Below, piece after piece: positions 1-12,470 of a stretch of DNA of 64,000 bases. The stretch is taken from NCBI GenBank assembly GCA_964016885.1, contig OZ024766.1, positions 11,408,001-11,472,000 of the forward strand, written 5' to 3'. The notes under the pieces are model-generated. The model was not told where the DNA came from and did no database searches. It was given only the letters and a program-made list of their open reading frames with translations. Both the position numbers and the translations under genes were made by a program. How positions within the stretch are numbered: position 1 is the first letter of the stretch; each line of letters begins with the position of its first letter. This DNA is from Eledone cirrhosa (taxonomy: Eukaryota).

Positions 1-672
1 CAGCCATTTCACAAGCTAACCAGCCACCCGTCCACCCAGCCATTTCACAAGCTAACCATCCACCCGTCCGTCCACCCAGCCATTTCACAAGCTAACCATC
101 CAACCATCCACCCAGCCATTTCACAAGCTAACCATCCACCCGTCCACCCAGCCATTTCACAAGCTAACCATCCAACCATCCACCCAGCCATTTCACAAGC
201 TAACCATCCAACCATCCACCCAGCCACCCGTCCACCCAGCCATTTCACAAGCTAACCATCCACCCGTCCGTCCACCCAGCCATTTCACAAGCTAACCATC
301 CAACCATCCACCCAGCCATTTCACAAGCTAACCATCCACCCAGCCATTTCACAAGCTAACCAGCCACCCGTCCACCCAGCCATTTCACAAGCTAACCATC
401 CAACCATCCAACCATCCACCCAGCCATTTCACAAGCTAACCAGCCACCCGTCCACCCAGCCATTTCACAAGCTAACCATCCACCCGTCCGTCCACCCAGC
501 CATTTCACAAGCTAACCATCCAACCATCCACCCAGCCATTTCACAAGCTAACCATCCACCCAGCCATTTCACAAGCTAACCATCCAACCATCCACCCAGC
601 CATTTCACAAGCTAACCAGCCACCCGTCCACCCAGCCATTTCACAAGCTAACCAGCCACCCGTCCACCCACC
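1..672. repeat. Minisatellite, variable unit mostly 36-40 bp (CAGCCATTTCACAAGCTAACCA + CCA/CCGT modules); truncated by window start
   Basis: Core cagccatttcacaagctaacc recurs at 1, 37, 77, 113 and onward to ~640. Confidence 0.95.
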
Positions 673-739
673 AACCCAGCAGGGCGACCGGAAAGGGGAT
701 TGTGGTTTTGTTGCTTGTACAGCGATGTTTGTTGTTCTC

Positions 740-1608
740 GTGTGTATGTGTATGTGTGTGTGTATATGTGTATGTATATATGTGTGGGTGTATGTATATG
801 TGTGGGTGTATGTATATATGTGGGTGTATGTATGAGGGTGTGTGTGTGTGTGTGAGTGGGTATATGTGTCTGTGTGTGTGTGTATATGTGTATGTATATG
901 TGTGGGTATATATGTGTGGGTCTATGTATATGTGTGTGTCTGTATGTGTGTGTATGTGTATGTATATATGTGTGGGTGTATGTATATGTGTGTGTATGTA
1001 TGAGGGTGGGTGTGTGTGTGTGGGAGGGGGTATATGTGTCTGTACATGAGTGTATGTGTGTATATGTGTGGGTGTATATATATGTGTGTGTATGTATGAG
1101 GGTGTGTGTGTGTGTGTATGTGTCTGTACATGAGTCTGTGTATGTGTGTATATGTGTATGCATATGTGTGTATGTATGAGGGTGTGTGTGTATATGTGTC
1201 TGTACATGAGTCTGTGTGTATATGTGTATGTATATATGTGTGGGTGTATGTATATGTGTGTGTATGTATGAGGGTGTGTGTGTGGGTGAGTGGGGATATG
1301 AGTCTGTGTGTGTGTCTGTGTAAGAGTAAGTGTTCGCGTGTGTGTGTATATATATGTATGTATGTATGTATGCGTGTGTGTGTGTATATATATATATATA
1401 TGTGTGTACGTATGTGTATATGTATGTATGTGTGTATATATATATGTGTACGTATGTGTGTATGTATGTGATCTCATAACTGTGTGTGTGTGTATATATA
1501 TATATATGTGTGTGTGTACGTATGTGTATATGTATGTGATCTCATAACTGTGTGTGTGTGTGTGTATATATATGTGTACGTATGTGTATATGTATGTGAC
1601 CTCATAAC

Positions 1609-1655
<47 letters not shown>

Positions 1656-2035
1656 ACGTATGTGTATATGCATGTATATGTATGTGACCTCATAACTATG
1701 TGTTCGCGCGTGTATATATATATATTATATGTGTGTGTGTATATGTGTATATGTATATGTGTGTGTGACTTCACGGCTGTACGTAAGTGTGTGTGTGCGT
1801 GTGTGTGTGACCGTGTGCCAGACATGTGCTCGGTCGGGAGGGGGGGGGGCGCATGCGCAGGCACGCGTGTGTCTGGGTGAGTGTGGAGGGTAGGAGCGTG
1901 TCGTTGTGTATGTGTGTGTGTGTGTAGGGACGTGTGTGTGTGTGTGTGTAGGTGCGTGTGGTTGCTGCTTTGTGGCGGCGGTGGTGGTGGTGGTGGTGGT
2001 GTCGAATGGCAAACATACACACAGACACAGAAACG

Positions 2036-2069
<34 letters not shown>

Positions 2070-2553
2070 CACTGATACACATATATGTAGAGGCACACAC
2101 ACACACACACACACATGCACTGATACACATATATGTAGAGGCACACACACACACACACACACACACACTGATGCACATATATGTACAAGCACACGCACAC
2201 ACACACTGATACACATATATGTACACGCACACACACACACTGACGCACATATACACAGACACTGACGCACACACACACACACACTGACACACGCACACAC
2301 ACACTGATGCACATATACACAGACACTGAAGCACACACACACACACACTGACACACTGATGCACATATACACAAACACTGACGCACACGCACACACACAC
2401 TGATGCACATATACACAGACACTGAAGCACACACACACACACACACTGACACACTGATGCACATATACACAAACACTGACGCACACACACACACACACTG
2501 ACACACGCACACACACTGATGCACACACACACACACACATATATACATATATA
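740..2553. repeat. Compound (TG/TA)n then (CA)n microsatellite field
   Basis: Dinucleotide-derived repeats; polarity switches from TG to CA near 2010. Confidence 0.95.
1849..1859. promoter_or_regulatory. NRF-1-like palindrome GCGCATGCGC in a small CpG-rich patch
   Basis: Matches the core of the YGCGCAYGCGCR consensus; lies next to a G-run in a GC-rich island at 1810-2010. Confidence 0.25.
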
Positions 2554-2744
2554 CCCTTCTAGCACCCAATATATGTCGTAACATTGTTGTGTAGTGTTAT
2601 GTCACAGACACACAGACACACAGACACACAAGCACAAGACACACAGACACAAGACAAACAGGAGAGGGAGAGGGGGTATAGGATGAGATCGAAGTTAGCT
2701 GTCTGAGTGAGAGCGAAGCTGGGTGGGTACAGACACATATAGAT

Positions 2745-2890
2745 CAATAGATATACATAGAGAGATAGAGAGATAGATAGAGAGATAGAGAGATAGATAG
2801 AGAGATAGATAGAGAGAGAGATAGAGAGATAGATAGATAGAGAGATAGATAGAGAGAGATAGATAGATAGAGAGAGAGAGAGATAGATAT
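2745..2890. repeat. (GATA/GA)n microsatellite
   Basis: agatagatag/agagatag repeats. Confidence 0.95.
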
Positions 2891-3418
2891 ATTTCTTTAT
2901 TTACCATAAAGGCATAAAAAGAAGGGACAAATACAAAGGGGGAGTTTACATAAAACCGAGTAAAAAGGGTATAAAATGAAAATAATCGATAACAACCTCA
3001 AAAGGGAGGGGACGTGATGGGGGTTGCACCCCCCCCCCCCATCAAAGTGTGTAATCCTATGCCCGGGGAGCACATGGAGAAGGTGCTCCCCTCTCCTTCA
3101 CTTCTTTACCTACAGGATGGTATACAGAGAAGGCCCATTTACACGAGCCATTCTCGCCACTATCACCCACCTTTCATAAAACTGCCTGTGGCCAAGCACC
3201 TCTCTCTCCATTCTTATCCTTCTTCCGAAGTGATATCGGAAGAAGTAGACCAGACTATGGCCAGAGAGGAAGTTGCCTGACCTCAGACCTTTCAGTCGTG
3301 TCCACCAAACAACCTCTTTCAACATGGCTATTACGCACAGGAAAACCGCCTTTGCTTCCTTTGTGAAGAGGGGAGGCGGCTTGATTGTCATCACGGACTC
3401 GGCGGTCAATCGAATCGG
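2890..3418 (-). mobile_element. Tx1/L1-like LINE 3' fragment
   Basis: ORF 3110-3409 (KEVVWWTRLKGLR...RRIRMEREVL...ARMARVNG) is homologous to the zf-RVT copy at 5320; AATAAA followed by (TATC)n at the 3' end. Confidence 0.8.
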
Positions 3419-3451
3419 CTAGATATACATAGAGAGATAGAGAGATAGATA

Positions 3452-3597
3452 TGTTTCTTTATTAGCCACAGGGGCACAAAAGAAAGAGACAAATAGAAAT
3501 ACTATCACAAATGCAATTTAAAAATTAATCGATTTTCCCCAATAGGGGGAGACATTACATATGGGTAACACAGACCTCCGAAAAAATGTGCAACCCT
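3452..3597 (-). mobile_element. Short Tx1-like 3' UTR fragment
   Basis: Terminus tttctttatt-agccacaggggcac resembles neighbouring copies. Confidence 0.6.
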
Positions 3598-3619
3598 CAT
3601 CTATATAGAGAGAGAGATA

Positions 3620-4420
3620 GATAGATATATTTCTTTATTTGCCACAAGGGCACACAAGAAAAGGGGACAGTACAAGACGTGGCGGTGGGAGTTTTACATA
3701 GATAGATATATTTCTTTATTTGAACAAGGGTGCACAAGAATGGGGGACAAAACAAGACGTGACGGTGGGTTTTTTTTACATAGATATATTTCTTTATTTG
3801 CCACAAGGACACACAAGAAAAGGGGACAGTACAAGACGTGACAGTGGGAGTTTTACATAGATAGATATATTTCTTTATTTGAACAAGGGTGCACAAGAAT
3901 AGGGGACAAAACAAGACGTGACGGTGGTTTTTTTTTACATAGATATATTTCTTTATTTGCCACAAGGGCACACAAGAAAAGGGGACGTGACAGTGGGAGT
4001 TTTACATAGATAGATATATTTCTTTATTTGCCACAAGGGCACACAAGAAAAGGGGACGTGACAGTGGGAGTTTTACATAGATAGATATATTTCTTTATTT
4101 GCCACAAGGGCACACAAGAAAAGGGGCCAGTGGGAGTTTTACATAGATAGATATATTTCTTTATTTGTCACAAGGGCACACAAGAAAAGGGGACGTGACA
4201 GTGGGAGTTTTACATAGATAGATATATTTCTTTATTTGCCACAAGGGCACACAAGAAAAGGGGCCAGTGGGAGTTTTACATAGATAGATATATTTCTTTA
4301 TTTGCCACAAGGGCACACAAGAAAAGGGGACAAAACAAGACGTGACAGTGGGAGTTTTACATAGATAGATATATTTCTTTATTTGCCACAAGGGCGCACA
4401 AGAAAAGGGGACATTACAAG
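3620..4420 (-). repeat. Tandem array (~11 units, 66-81 bp) of the Tx1-like 3' terminus plus GATA
   Basis: Unit gatatatttctttatttgccacaagggcacacaagaaaagggg...ttttacata matches the element end at 5085-5155. Confidence 0.9.
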
Positions 4421-4469
4421 ATGTGATATATAGATATATAGAGATTGATAGAGAGGTAGATAAATAGAT

Positions 4470-5018
4470 ATTTCTTTATTTGCCAGAAGGGGACAAATAC
4501 AAATGGGGAGTTTACATACAGGTATATGAAAATAAAACTATTAATAAAACAACAAATAACAATTGAAAACCCCAATAGGGGGGAGGTGTTACACAGGGGT
4601 TGTACACACCTCGAAAAAATGTACAACCTTCATCTCCAGGAGCACCAAGAGTGAGTACTCCCTTCCTCTCTTCCTCTTTTTCCTCAACCTACAGGCTTAT
4701 ATAGAGAGAAGGCCCAACCACTTTCACCCACCTTTCATAAAACTTGCTGGGGTACAGTACCTCTCTCTCCATCCTGATTCTTCTTCCAAAACGAATCAGT
4801 TGTTGGCCGGAGAGAAAAGTGTCTGACCTCAGCCCTTTTAACCTCGTCCACCATATAACCTCTTTCACCATAGCCATAACACATACGAAGACCGCCTTTC
4901 CCTCGTTTTTGAAGGAGGGTGGCGGCAGTTTGATCATAACAATGGACTCGGTGGTCAACTGGATTGGTCCCACTCGCGACAATAGTCGTTCTACATAGCC
5001 CCACAGGTCGGTAACGCC
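4470..5018 (-). mobile_element. Tx1/L1-like LINE 3' fragment
   Basis: ORF 4689-4982 (MVKEVIWWTRLKGLRSDTFLSGQQL) plus 3' UTR. Confidence 0.8.
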
Positions 5019-5084
5019 GATTGATAGTTAGTTAGATAGAGAGGGGTTTATAGTTTTGTAGGAAGGTAGATAGATAGATAGATA

Positions 5085-5943
5085 GATTTTTTTTATTTGC
5101 CACAAGGGTGCACAAGAAAAGGGGACAATACAAGGACATGCCGAGGATTTTACATACAGTCGTATAAAAATATAAAACAAACAATTACAACAATCGAAAT
5201 CCCCAATAGGGAGGAGGTGCCACAAATGGGTTGTTTAATACCCTGTAGATAGAACAACGCTCAACTGCAGGAGCATGTTGTGCAAGTGCTCCTTTCTTCC
5301 TTTTGCTCTCTTCCTCAACCTACAGGTTTATAAATAGAGAAGGCCCAATCACTCGGGCCATTTTCGCTTCATTCACCCACCTTTCAGTAAATTTACTGGG
5401 GTGCAGTGCCTCTCTTTCCACTCTGATTCTCCTTCTAAAGTGATACTTAAAGAAGGGAATCAATTGTTGTCCGGAGAGAAAGGCATCTGTCCTCAGTCCT
5501 CTCAACCTCGTCCACCATATAACCTCTTTCACCATAGCCATCGTACAGAGGAAAACCGCCTCTCTTTCGTTTTTGAAAGAAGTTGGCGGTTTGATCCTTA
5601 CTATGGACTTGGCAGTCAACTGGATTTGTCCCATATGCCACAGCAGTTGTTCTGCATAGTTCCACAGGTAGGTTACGCCCGGGCAGTGTACAATTGCGTG
5701 CAGGACAGTTTCAATGTCCTGCGCACATCTTGGACACGTCCTCTTGGAAGGATCCCTGCCGGGGCGTCCGTGCCTGTAGATCTTGTCACAAACCGGTAGA
5801 GCTCCTCGGTAGCACTGCCAGGCCAGGGACCTCTGGAAGTTGTCCATAGGTCCCGGGCGGAAAGTCCTACCAAACAGACTGGTGAGCTCATCGTCTTCGA
5901 CGCCCAGAGTCTCTCCAAGCACGTCGTCGCCCTTGTAACGTAC
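5085..5943 (-). mobile_element. Tx1/L1-like LINE 3' fragment with zf-RVT cysteine motif
   Basis: ORF 5320-5922 contains CPRCAQDIETVLHAIVHCP (CxxC...HxxxxC), typical of the L1/Tx1 ORF2 C-terminus. Confidence 0.85.
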
Positions 5944-6256
5944 AGCAAGACACTATTTCACATTGTTCCAGTTTATTCAGCTGTAGAAATGAGATGATAG
6001 GGACTGGGGTCCCTATCATTCCACTGCAAAGTGGTCGTGGAGGTGCCACGGCAAAAAAAGCACCCAGCACTCACTGTAAATGAGGTTGGTGTTAGGAAGG
6101 GCATCCAGCTGTAGAAATCAAGCCAGAATCAGTTCCTGTATGAGCAAGGCATGGTCAGCCGACCAGACACTGCCCACCACAGGACAACCTGTCTAACCCA
6201 TGCTAGCGTGGAAGAACAGACGTAAAACGGTGATGATGATGATGATGTTGATGATG
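5944..6256 (+). mobile_element. SINE family A, 5'-truncated, with RTE-C-type tail
   Basis: gcaagacac...gtgttaggaagggcatccagctgtagaa...cccatgctagcgtggaagaacagacgtaaaacgg(tga)n. Confidence 0.85.
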
Positions 6257-6391
6257 AAAGGTGTATGGTGTTAGACGTATTCGAAAAAAATATGTTGTTT
6301 ATTGACTACTTCTCTCTCATCCTAAAATATAACTCGTGTCCCACATCTTCTGTAGCTTCTAGGTTAATCCAGCATCTGCTGTATATACACA

Positions 6392-6449
<58 letters not shown>

Positions 6450-6465
6450 AGTTTTAATATAGAAG

Positions 6466-6516
6466 AGCTTCTACAGGACTAGAACTGTTTCATTCGTGAG
6501 AAATCATCAGGAAGCT
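6466..6516 (-). ncRNA. Type I hammerhead ribozyme (mirror of 6687-6737)
   Basis: Exact reverse complement of the plus-strand motif. Confidence 0.8.
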
Positions 6517-6686
6517 GGCTGTCCAAGTAAATGGTTGTTAATATTATAGTTTTAAAGAATTAGCTTTTAATGAACTCCCTTTTCTTTTAATCCTTCAACC
6601 AATGACCCCCACCCATCCCAATCCGCACCCTCTCCTACCATCAGATAAGGAAAGACATAAATACCACCATATTTACTTGGACAGCC

Positions 6687-6737
6687 AGCTTCCTGATGAT
6701 TTCTCACGAATGAAACAGTTCTAGTCCTGTAGAAGCT
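6687..6737 (+). ncRNA. Type I hammerhead ribozyme
   Basis: Stem I AGCUUC/GAAGCU, core CUGAUGA, stem II UUC-UCAC-GAA, GAAA, stem III ACAG/CUGU, cleavage triplet GUA. Confidence 0.85.
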
Positions 6738-6813
6738 CTTCTATATTAAAACTTTTATACTCTGCTATGTATTGAGTACCTTACTTACTGTGGTTACCTC
6801 CGATTCAACCCGG

Positions 6814-6847
<34 letters not shown>

Positions 6848-6850
<3 letters not shown>

Positions 6851-6885
6851 CTTGAGAAGCCCAACTGGGCGAAACGTACGTAGGT
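6848..6885 (+). ncRNA. Minimal variant hammerhead-like motif
   Basis: GCC-CUUGAGAA-GCCC(AACU)GGGC-GAAA-CGUACG-UA-GGU; palindromic stem III; non-canonical core. Confidence 0.55.
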
Positions 6886-6961
6886 GATATTTTAAATAAA
6901 CATGTTTTAACGGTCTATTCTCCGATTTTTTACTTTCCCACGTATATATATCTATATATAT

Positions 6962-7250
6962 ATATTTATTAAAATAACAGATTAAAGTTTAAGCAAAGAA
7001 TCGCTGCTTTCACCCTTAACGGGATCTTCTGAAACTAACAAAGTCAATCTGTAAACGCAGAACTGGATATTTCAAAAAACGTTGCAACCGGAGGAAGACA
7101 GGAAGACGTTAAGGGTGAAAGCAGCGATTCTTTGCTTAAACTTTAATCTGTTATTTTAATAAATATTTGCTCTACGGTTCTCATATATTTGATATATATT
7201 TTCCTTATCGAGCCCTCTTTGGATTTTAGTCTTCAATTTTATTATTATTA
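6962..7250. mobile_element. Fold-back element in (TA)n (family H2)
   Basis: Inverted arms 6962-7020 and 7107-7166; outer part recurs inverted at ~46945-47059 and ~47595-47708. Confidence 0.65.
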
Positions 7251-7271
7251 CTATATATATATATATATATA

Positions 7272-7560
7272 GTTATGTTGGTACCACAACATCCAGTCCT
7301 AAATAAATGAGGTCGTGTAGGTGTCACGACAAAAAAACACACAGTCCACGCTGTAATGTGGCCGTGTAGGCAACACGGTAAAAACCTCCCAGTCCACACT
7401 GTAAATGTGGTTGGTGTTAGGAAGGGCATCCAGCTGTAGAAAACCTGCCAGACAGTCCTATACGAGCAAGACAACCAATCTTGCCTCAAGTGGGAAAACT
7501 CCCGTCCAAACCCATGCAAGCGTGGAACATGGATGTTAAACGATGATGATGATGATGATA
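7272..7560 (+). mobile_element. RTE-B 3' UTR fragment with (GAT)n tail
   Basis: Homologous to the 3' UTR of the RTE at 58690-59100. Confidence 0.75.
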
Positions 7561-7679
7561 TATCCATATATATATATATCCATATACCTCTTCTCTATCT
7601 ATCTAGATAATATATATATATAGATATATATATATATTTATGTAATAAACAACATAAGGCAATTATTCCATTTACCAGT

Positions 7680-7682
7680 GGT

Positions 7683-7744
<62 letters not shown>

Positions 7745-7982
7745 GATATATATCATGTTGGTGTAAGTGTATTTATATAGATACATACACTTTTTCTCTC
7801 TATATATATATGTGTGTATATATATATGTGTGTGTATATATATATGTATGTGTGTATAAATGTGTGTGTGTGTATATATATATATGCGTGTGTGTGTATA
7901 TATATATGTGTGTGCATGTATATATATATATGTGCGTGTGTATTTATATGTGTGTGTGTATATATATGTGCGTGCGTGGATG

Positions 7983-8046
<64 letters not shown>

Positions 8047-8184
8047 CTGTATATGTATGTGTGTATATATATATACTGTATATGTATGTGTGTGTATATA
8101 TGTGTGAGTGTGTGGGTGTATATATGTGTGAGTGTGTGGGTGTATATATGTGTGAGTGTGTGGGTGTATATATATGTGTATATA

Positions 8185-8241
<57 letters not shown>

Positions 8242-8252
8242 ATATATATATA

Positions 8253-8325
<73 letters not shown>

Positions 8326-8352
8326 ACATATATATGTATATATATATATATC
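7680..8352. repeat. (TA/TG)n compound microsatellite
   Basis: Direct reading. Confidence 0.95.
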
Positions 8353-8551
8353 GTTTCTGAATTTGTTTAGCAAGATTCTTTATCTGAAAACGTGTGTTGA
8401 AACCCATATTGTTATACTTTGGGAGGGTCATGTTGCCAATAAGAAACACACGCACCAGTTGCTTTCACTTCAATTTATTATAATAAATTTATAAATTTAG
8501 GAATTTCCGGTTGGTTGGTTGGTTCCACAACCAGATGGTTGTTTATATATT

Positions 8552-8594
8552 GTCAAAGTTCTTTCGTCACACATTCTGTGACCTCTTCAGTGAC
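8552..8594 (-). ncRNA. Minimal type I hammerhead ribozyme
   Basis: GUCA-CUGAAGA-G-GUCAC(AGAAUGU)GUGAC-GAAA-GAAC-UU-UGAC; host element 8405-8600 recurs at ~48155-48307. Confidence 0.65.
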
Positions 8595-8675
8595 TGGGGA
8601 TTCTTGTCTTTGTTTTTGTGCCTCTCCTTGTACATATATATATATTATGTAATAAACCACACAATATAATATAAT

Positions 8676-8751
8676 TATTCCATTACTCAAGGTTTCACGA
8701 AGTTAGACGATTCTAACAGAAATGTCTTATATCGCTCATCCGAAGGAATTT
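8676..8751 (-). ncRNA. Degenerate hammerhead motif
   Basis: AAUUCCUU-CGGAUGA-GCGA...UCGU-GAAA-CCUUGA-GUA-AUGGAAUU. Confidence 0.45.
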
Positions 8752-8789
8752 TTAGCTCTGTACTATACATAGAGCACTCTTCTTTACCT

Positions 8790-9132
8790 TTTCCACGGAA
8801 ATACTTAACATAGCAAAAACAGGCAGCAAAAACCCTGCGAGAGTCAAGTCTGTTGGTTCGAGGGACACAACTATTCAACTCCATTCCGGTACATGTCAGA
8901 AATCTATCAGGATGCAGTGTGGAATCATTCAAGTTGCAGCTGGATAGATACTTAAGCACCATTAGAGATGAACCCCAGAATATACACAACGAGCACAAAC
9001 TGAATCAAACTCGCTCCTACACATGTCAAAATTAAACAGAGAATCCAACCTGGCAACCACACCAGACTCTGAGGGTGGAGTCTTCGACTTGGCCTGAGCA
9101 TGGACTCAAACTCAAATGAAATGAAATGAAAT
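8790..9132 (+). mobile_element. CR1-group LINE 3' fragment
   Basis: VRGTQLFNSIPVHVRNLSGCSVESFKLQLDRYLSTIRDEP is a typical C-terminus; (AAATG)n tail. Confidence 0.75.
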
Positions 9133-9164
9133 ATGCACATATACATATATATATATGTTTTTCG

Positions 9165-9350
9165 TGGTCTGGTAGAGGGAGACCACAAAAAACATGGGGC
9201 AGAGGTGGTGAGAACAGACCTCAGATCGCTGAAGCTCACGGTGGAGATGTCGAAGGACCGTGACAAGTGGAGAGATGCTGTGCTGAATAGGACGCATCCC
9301 ACCCTTGCAAGCAGGGAAGAGCGGACGTAAAATGATGATGATGATGATGA
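9165..9350 (+). mobile_element. RTE-A LINE 3' end
   Basis: AEVVRTDLRSLKLTVEMSKDRDKWRDAVLNRTHPTLASREERT, then (GAT)n. Confidence 0.85.
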
Positions 9351-9499
9351 TATATATATATAGTTATGTAATAAACAACATAAGAAATTATTCCATTTAC
9401 CAGTGGTTTCTTGAAAGCAGATTTATTTGCTTTCAAGAAACCTAACACCAACCACATTTACATATGTGTATATATATATATATGTATATATACATATGT

Positions 9500-9838
9500 A
9501 TCATCATCATCATCATCATCATTTTACGTCCGCTTTTCCCTGCTTGCAAGGGTGGGACAGGAACTGATTCTGGCTTGATTTCTACAGCTGGATGCCCTTC
9601 CTAACACCAACCTCATTTACAGTGAGTGCTGGGTGCTTTTTTGCCGTGGCACCTCCACGACCACTTTGCAGTGGAATGATAGGGACCCCAGTCCCTATCA
9701 TCTCATTTCTACAGCTGAGTAAACTGGAGCAATGTGAAATAAAGTGTCTTGCTCAAGGAAACAACACATCACCCGGTCTGAGAATTGAACTCACAACCTT
9801 TCGATTGCAAGGCTCTAACCACTAAGCCATATGCCTCC
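9500..9838 (-). mobile_element. tRNA-headed SINE family A
   Basis: A box TGGCTTAGTGG, B-box-like GAGTTCAATTC, RTE-A-type tail. Confidence 0.9.
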
Positions 9839-10072
9839 ATGTGTGTATATATACATATGTATGTGTATATATATATATGTATGTGTATATATATATATAT
9901 ACATATGTATGTATATATATATATATATATTTAAAGGTTAAACAAGGTTCGATGAATAAATCAAAGAATTTGTTTTACAATAGATTGGAAGCACTCAACA
10001 GTATTGGTTTTCCGGAGTTATTAATATTAATTCAAAATATTAACAAAAATAGACATTCGTGTGATCAAGTAT

Positions 10073-10139
10073 ATTTTATTATACATATTTCAGAGGTACT
10101 GAGCTATCTTCAACAGTACGTCCTCATCAGATAAAATAA
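10073..10139 (-). ncRNA. Type I hammerhead ribozyme (mirror of 10251-10317)
   Basis: Reverse complement of the plus-strand motif. Confidence 0.75.
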
Positions 10140-10250
10140 GATGATGCATGACATACCCTGACTTAGTAGATGGTTAAGATTCAGTCATGGTAGTAGTCAC
10201 ATGACTGGATCTTAACCATCTACCATGTCGGGGTATGTCATGCATCATCT

Positions 10251-10317
10251 TATTTTATCTGATGAGGACGTACTGTTGAAGATAGCTCAGTACCTCTGAA
10301 ATATGTATAATAAAATA
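10251..10317 (+). ncRNA. Type I hammerhead ribozyme
   Basis: Stem I UAUUUUAU/AUAAAAUA, CUGAUGA, stem II GUACUG/CAGUAC, GAAA, stem III AUAUGUAU, triplet AUA. Confidence 0.8.
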
Positions 10318-10358
10318 TACTTGATCACACGAATGTCTATTTTTGTTAATATTTTGAA

Positions 10359-10420
<62 letters not shown>

Positions 10421-10540
10421 TATGTATGTATATATATATAAGTTTAGCCCAAGTTCAATCGGTAAAGTACTCAATACATAGCAGAGTATATGCTGATGAT
10501 TTCTTCCGAATGAAATAGTTCTAGTCCTGTAGAAGCCATT

Positions 10541-10599
<59 letters not shown>

Positions 10600-10605
<6 letters not shown>

Positions 10606-10820
10606 CCTACCTCTTTCTCTTATTATCTCTGTCTCTCTCCCTCCCTTTATCTCCCCCCCCCCCTCTCTATACTGTCTCTGTCTACCCTCTCCCTCTTCCT
10701 CTCTCTCTACTCTCCCCTTCTCTCTCTGCTCTCCCCTTCTCTCTCTGCTCTCCCCCTCTCTCTCTGCTCTTCCTCTCTCTTCCTACTCTCTACTCTCCCC
10801 CTATCTCTCTCTCTCTACCT
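10600..10820. repeat. CT-rich low-complexity tract
   Basis: Direct reading. Confidence 0.9.
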
Positions 10821-10874
10821 CTACCTGATGACTCAAATGTGACCGACAAAAATTTGTAACAAAAGCACTTGCCC

Positions 10875-11489
10875 CACACCACCACCACCACCACTACCAC
10901 CACCACCACCACCACCACCTCTACCATCATCATCACCACCACCACCTCTACCATCATCATCACCACCACCATCACTAGCACCATCATCACCACCACCATC
11001 ACTAGCACCATCATCACCACTACCACCTCAGTCAACATCACTATCACCACCGTCATCTCATCACCACCACCATCATCTCATCACCATCACCACCATCATC
11101 ACCACCACCACCATCATCACCACCACCTCTACCATCATCATCACCACCATCATCATCACCACCATCACCACCACCTCTACCATCATCATCACCACCATCA
11201 TCATCATCACCACCACCATCATCATCACCACCACCATCATCACTACCACCATCATCATCACCACCACCACCACCACCATCTCTACCATCATCACTATCAC
11301 CATCACCACCATCACCACTACCACCACCACCACCATCACCACCACCACCACCACCACCATCACCACCATCATCACTATCACCATCACCACCATCACCACT
11401 ACCACCACCACCACCATCACCATCACCACCACCACCACCATCACCATCACCATCACCATCACCACCACCACCACCATCACCACCATCAT
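10875..11489. repeat. (ACC/ATC)n trinucleotide repeat
   Basis: Direct reading; produces spurious poly-T/poly-H ORFs. Confidence 0.9.
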
Positions 11490-11517
11490 ATTTATTTATA
11501 AAACTGCTCTATATTAT

Positions 11518-11580
11518 ATTTTATCTGATGAAAGCACACCATAATTTAACTTGGTGTCCTTGAAATATGTATAATGAAAT
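11518..11580 (+). ncRNA. Type I hammerhead ribozyme (family H4)
   Basis: AUUUUAU-CUGAUGA-aag-c-ACACCA...UGGUGU-c-cuu-GAAA-UAUGU-AUA-AUGAAAU; 11490-11625 reads as the reverse complement of 21738-21873. Confidence 0.75.
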
Positions 11581-11622
11581 AAATATGGTTTTATAAATAT
11601 AGTTTCCATTTGTTAATATATC

Positions 11623-11677
<55 letters not shown>

Positions 11678-11919
11678 AGTGGAAGCTTAGTAAAATTGAA
11701 GCTTTGGTTGTGGCCAAGCAAAGTCGACCTACAATAAGGAATGAGTAGCAAAGCACTCAATAAGGGTAGGAGGTCCTTACAGTAATAACATACGTTTAAA
11801 TAGCTTGACAAATTGAAAATTGCAGTAGGCAAAACCCAACCATACAGTACCAAAACAACGAAAGAACTAATCACGTTAAATATATATTTATTTTATTTAG
11901 GGTGGGTAAAATTCCCGAG

Positions 11920-12045
11920 ATCTATGGATAAGTTCTCTCCAGCCGTCTCTGCCCTTTATCATCGCTGCTATGTCCTGCATCTCCCAGAGACCAGTGTCTG
12001 CCCTTAGAGCATCAATATATCTCATCCTTGGTCTCCCTCTTCCAG
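11920..12045 (-). mobile_element. RTE LINE C-terminal fragment (another subfamily)
   Basis: Minus strand reads GRGRPRMRYIDALRADTG...RDGWRELI. Confidence 0.65.
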
Positions 12046-12157
12046 TGTATCTGAATGTCGGTGAGCATGATCAGCTAACCTCAGTCGCCTCTGTGGCAAT
12101 TTTGAGCAGATTGATTTGGAATAAAGTTACAAAAAGCTGCAATTCTTATTATCACTT

Positions 12158-12470
12158 TATCATCATCATCATACGTCCGCTTTTCCCTGCTTGCAAGGGT
12201 GGGACGGGTGCTATTCAGCACAGCATCTCTCCACTTGTCACGGTACTTCGTCATCTCCTCCGTGAGCTTCAGCAATCTGAGGTCAGCCCTCACCACCTCC
12301 GCCCAAGTTTTTTCGTGGTTTCCTCTACTGCGTCTTCTTTCCACTGGGATTTCTTGGCACTTCTTCACCCAGCAGTCATCCTCCATGCACATCACATGTC
12401 CATACCAGCGTAGTCTTCTCTCTCGCACACTACAACTTATCCCTCTTATACACAGTTTCTATCTCAACTC
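12158..12470 (-). mobile_element. RTE-A LINE 3' end
   Basis: RERRLRWYGHVMCMEDDCWVKKC...KTWAEVVRADL, then (GAT)n tail. Confidence 0.9.

Larger units (their letters stand above)
6449..6820. mobile_element. Fold-back Penelope-like pLTR remnant (family H1)
   Basis: Inverted arms ~6450-6535 and ~6670-6753, each carrying a hammerhead; flanked by (TA)n; family recurs at 10455, 18720 and 47940. Confidence 0.7.
9930..10340. mobile_element. Fold-back hammerhead element (family H3)
   Basis: ~160 bp near-perfect inverted arms 10030-10189 and 10200-10339; parts recur at 25320-25432 and 62328-62485. Confidence 0.75.

Noticed and set aside
6990-7135. Hammerhead in family H2
   Set aside because: CAGAAGA...GAAA is present on the minus strand, but I could not pair stems I and III convincingly
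10869-11501. Poly-Thr/poly-His ORF
   Set aside because: Pure triplet repeat with a non-ATG start and no supporting gene context
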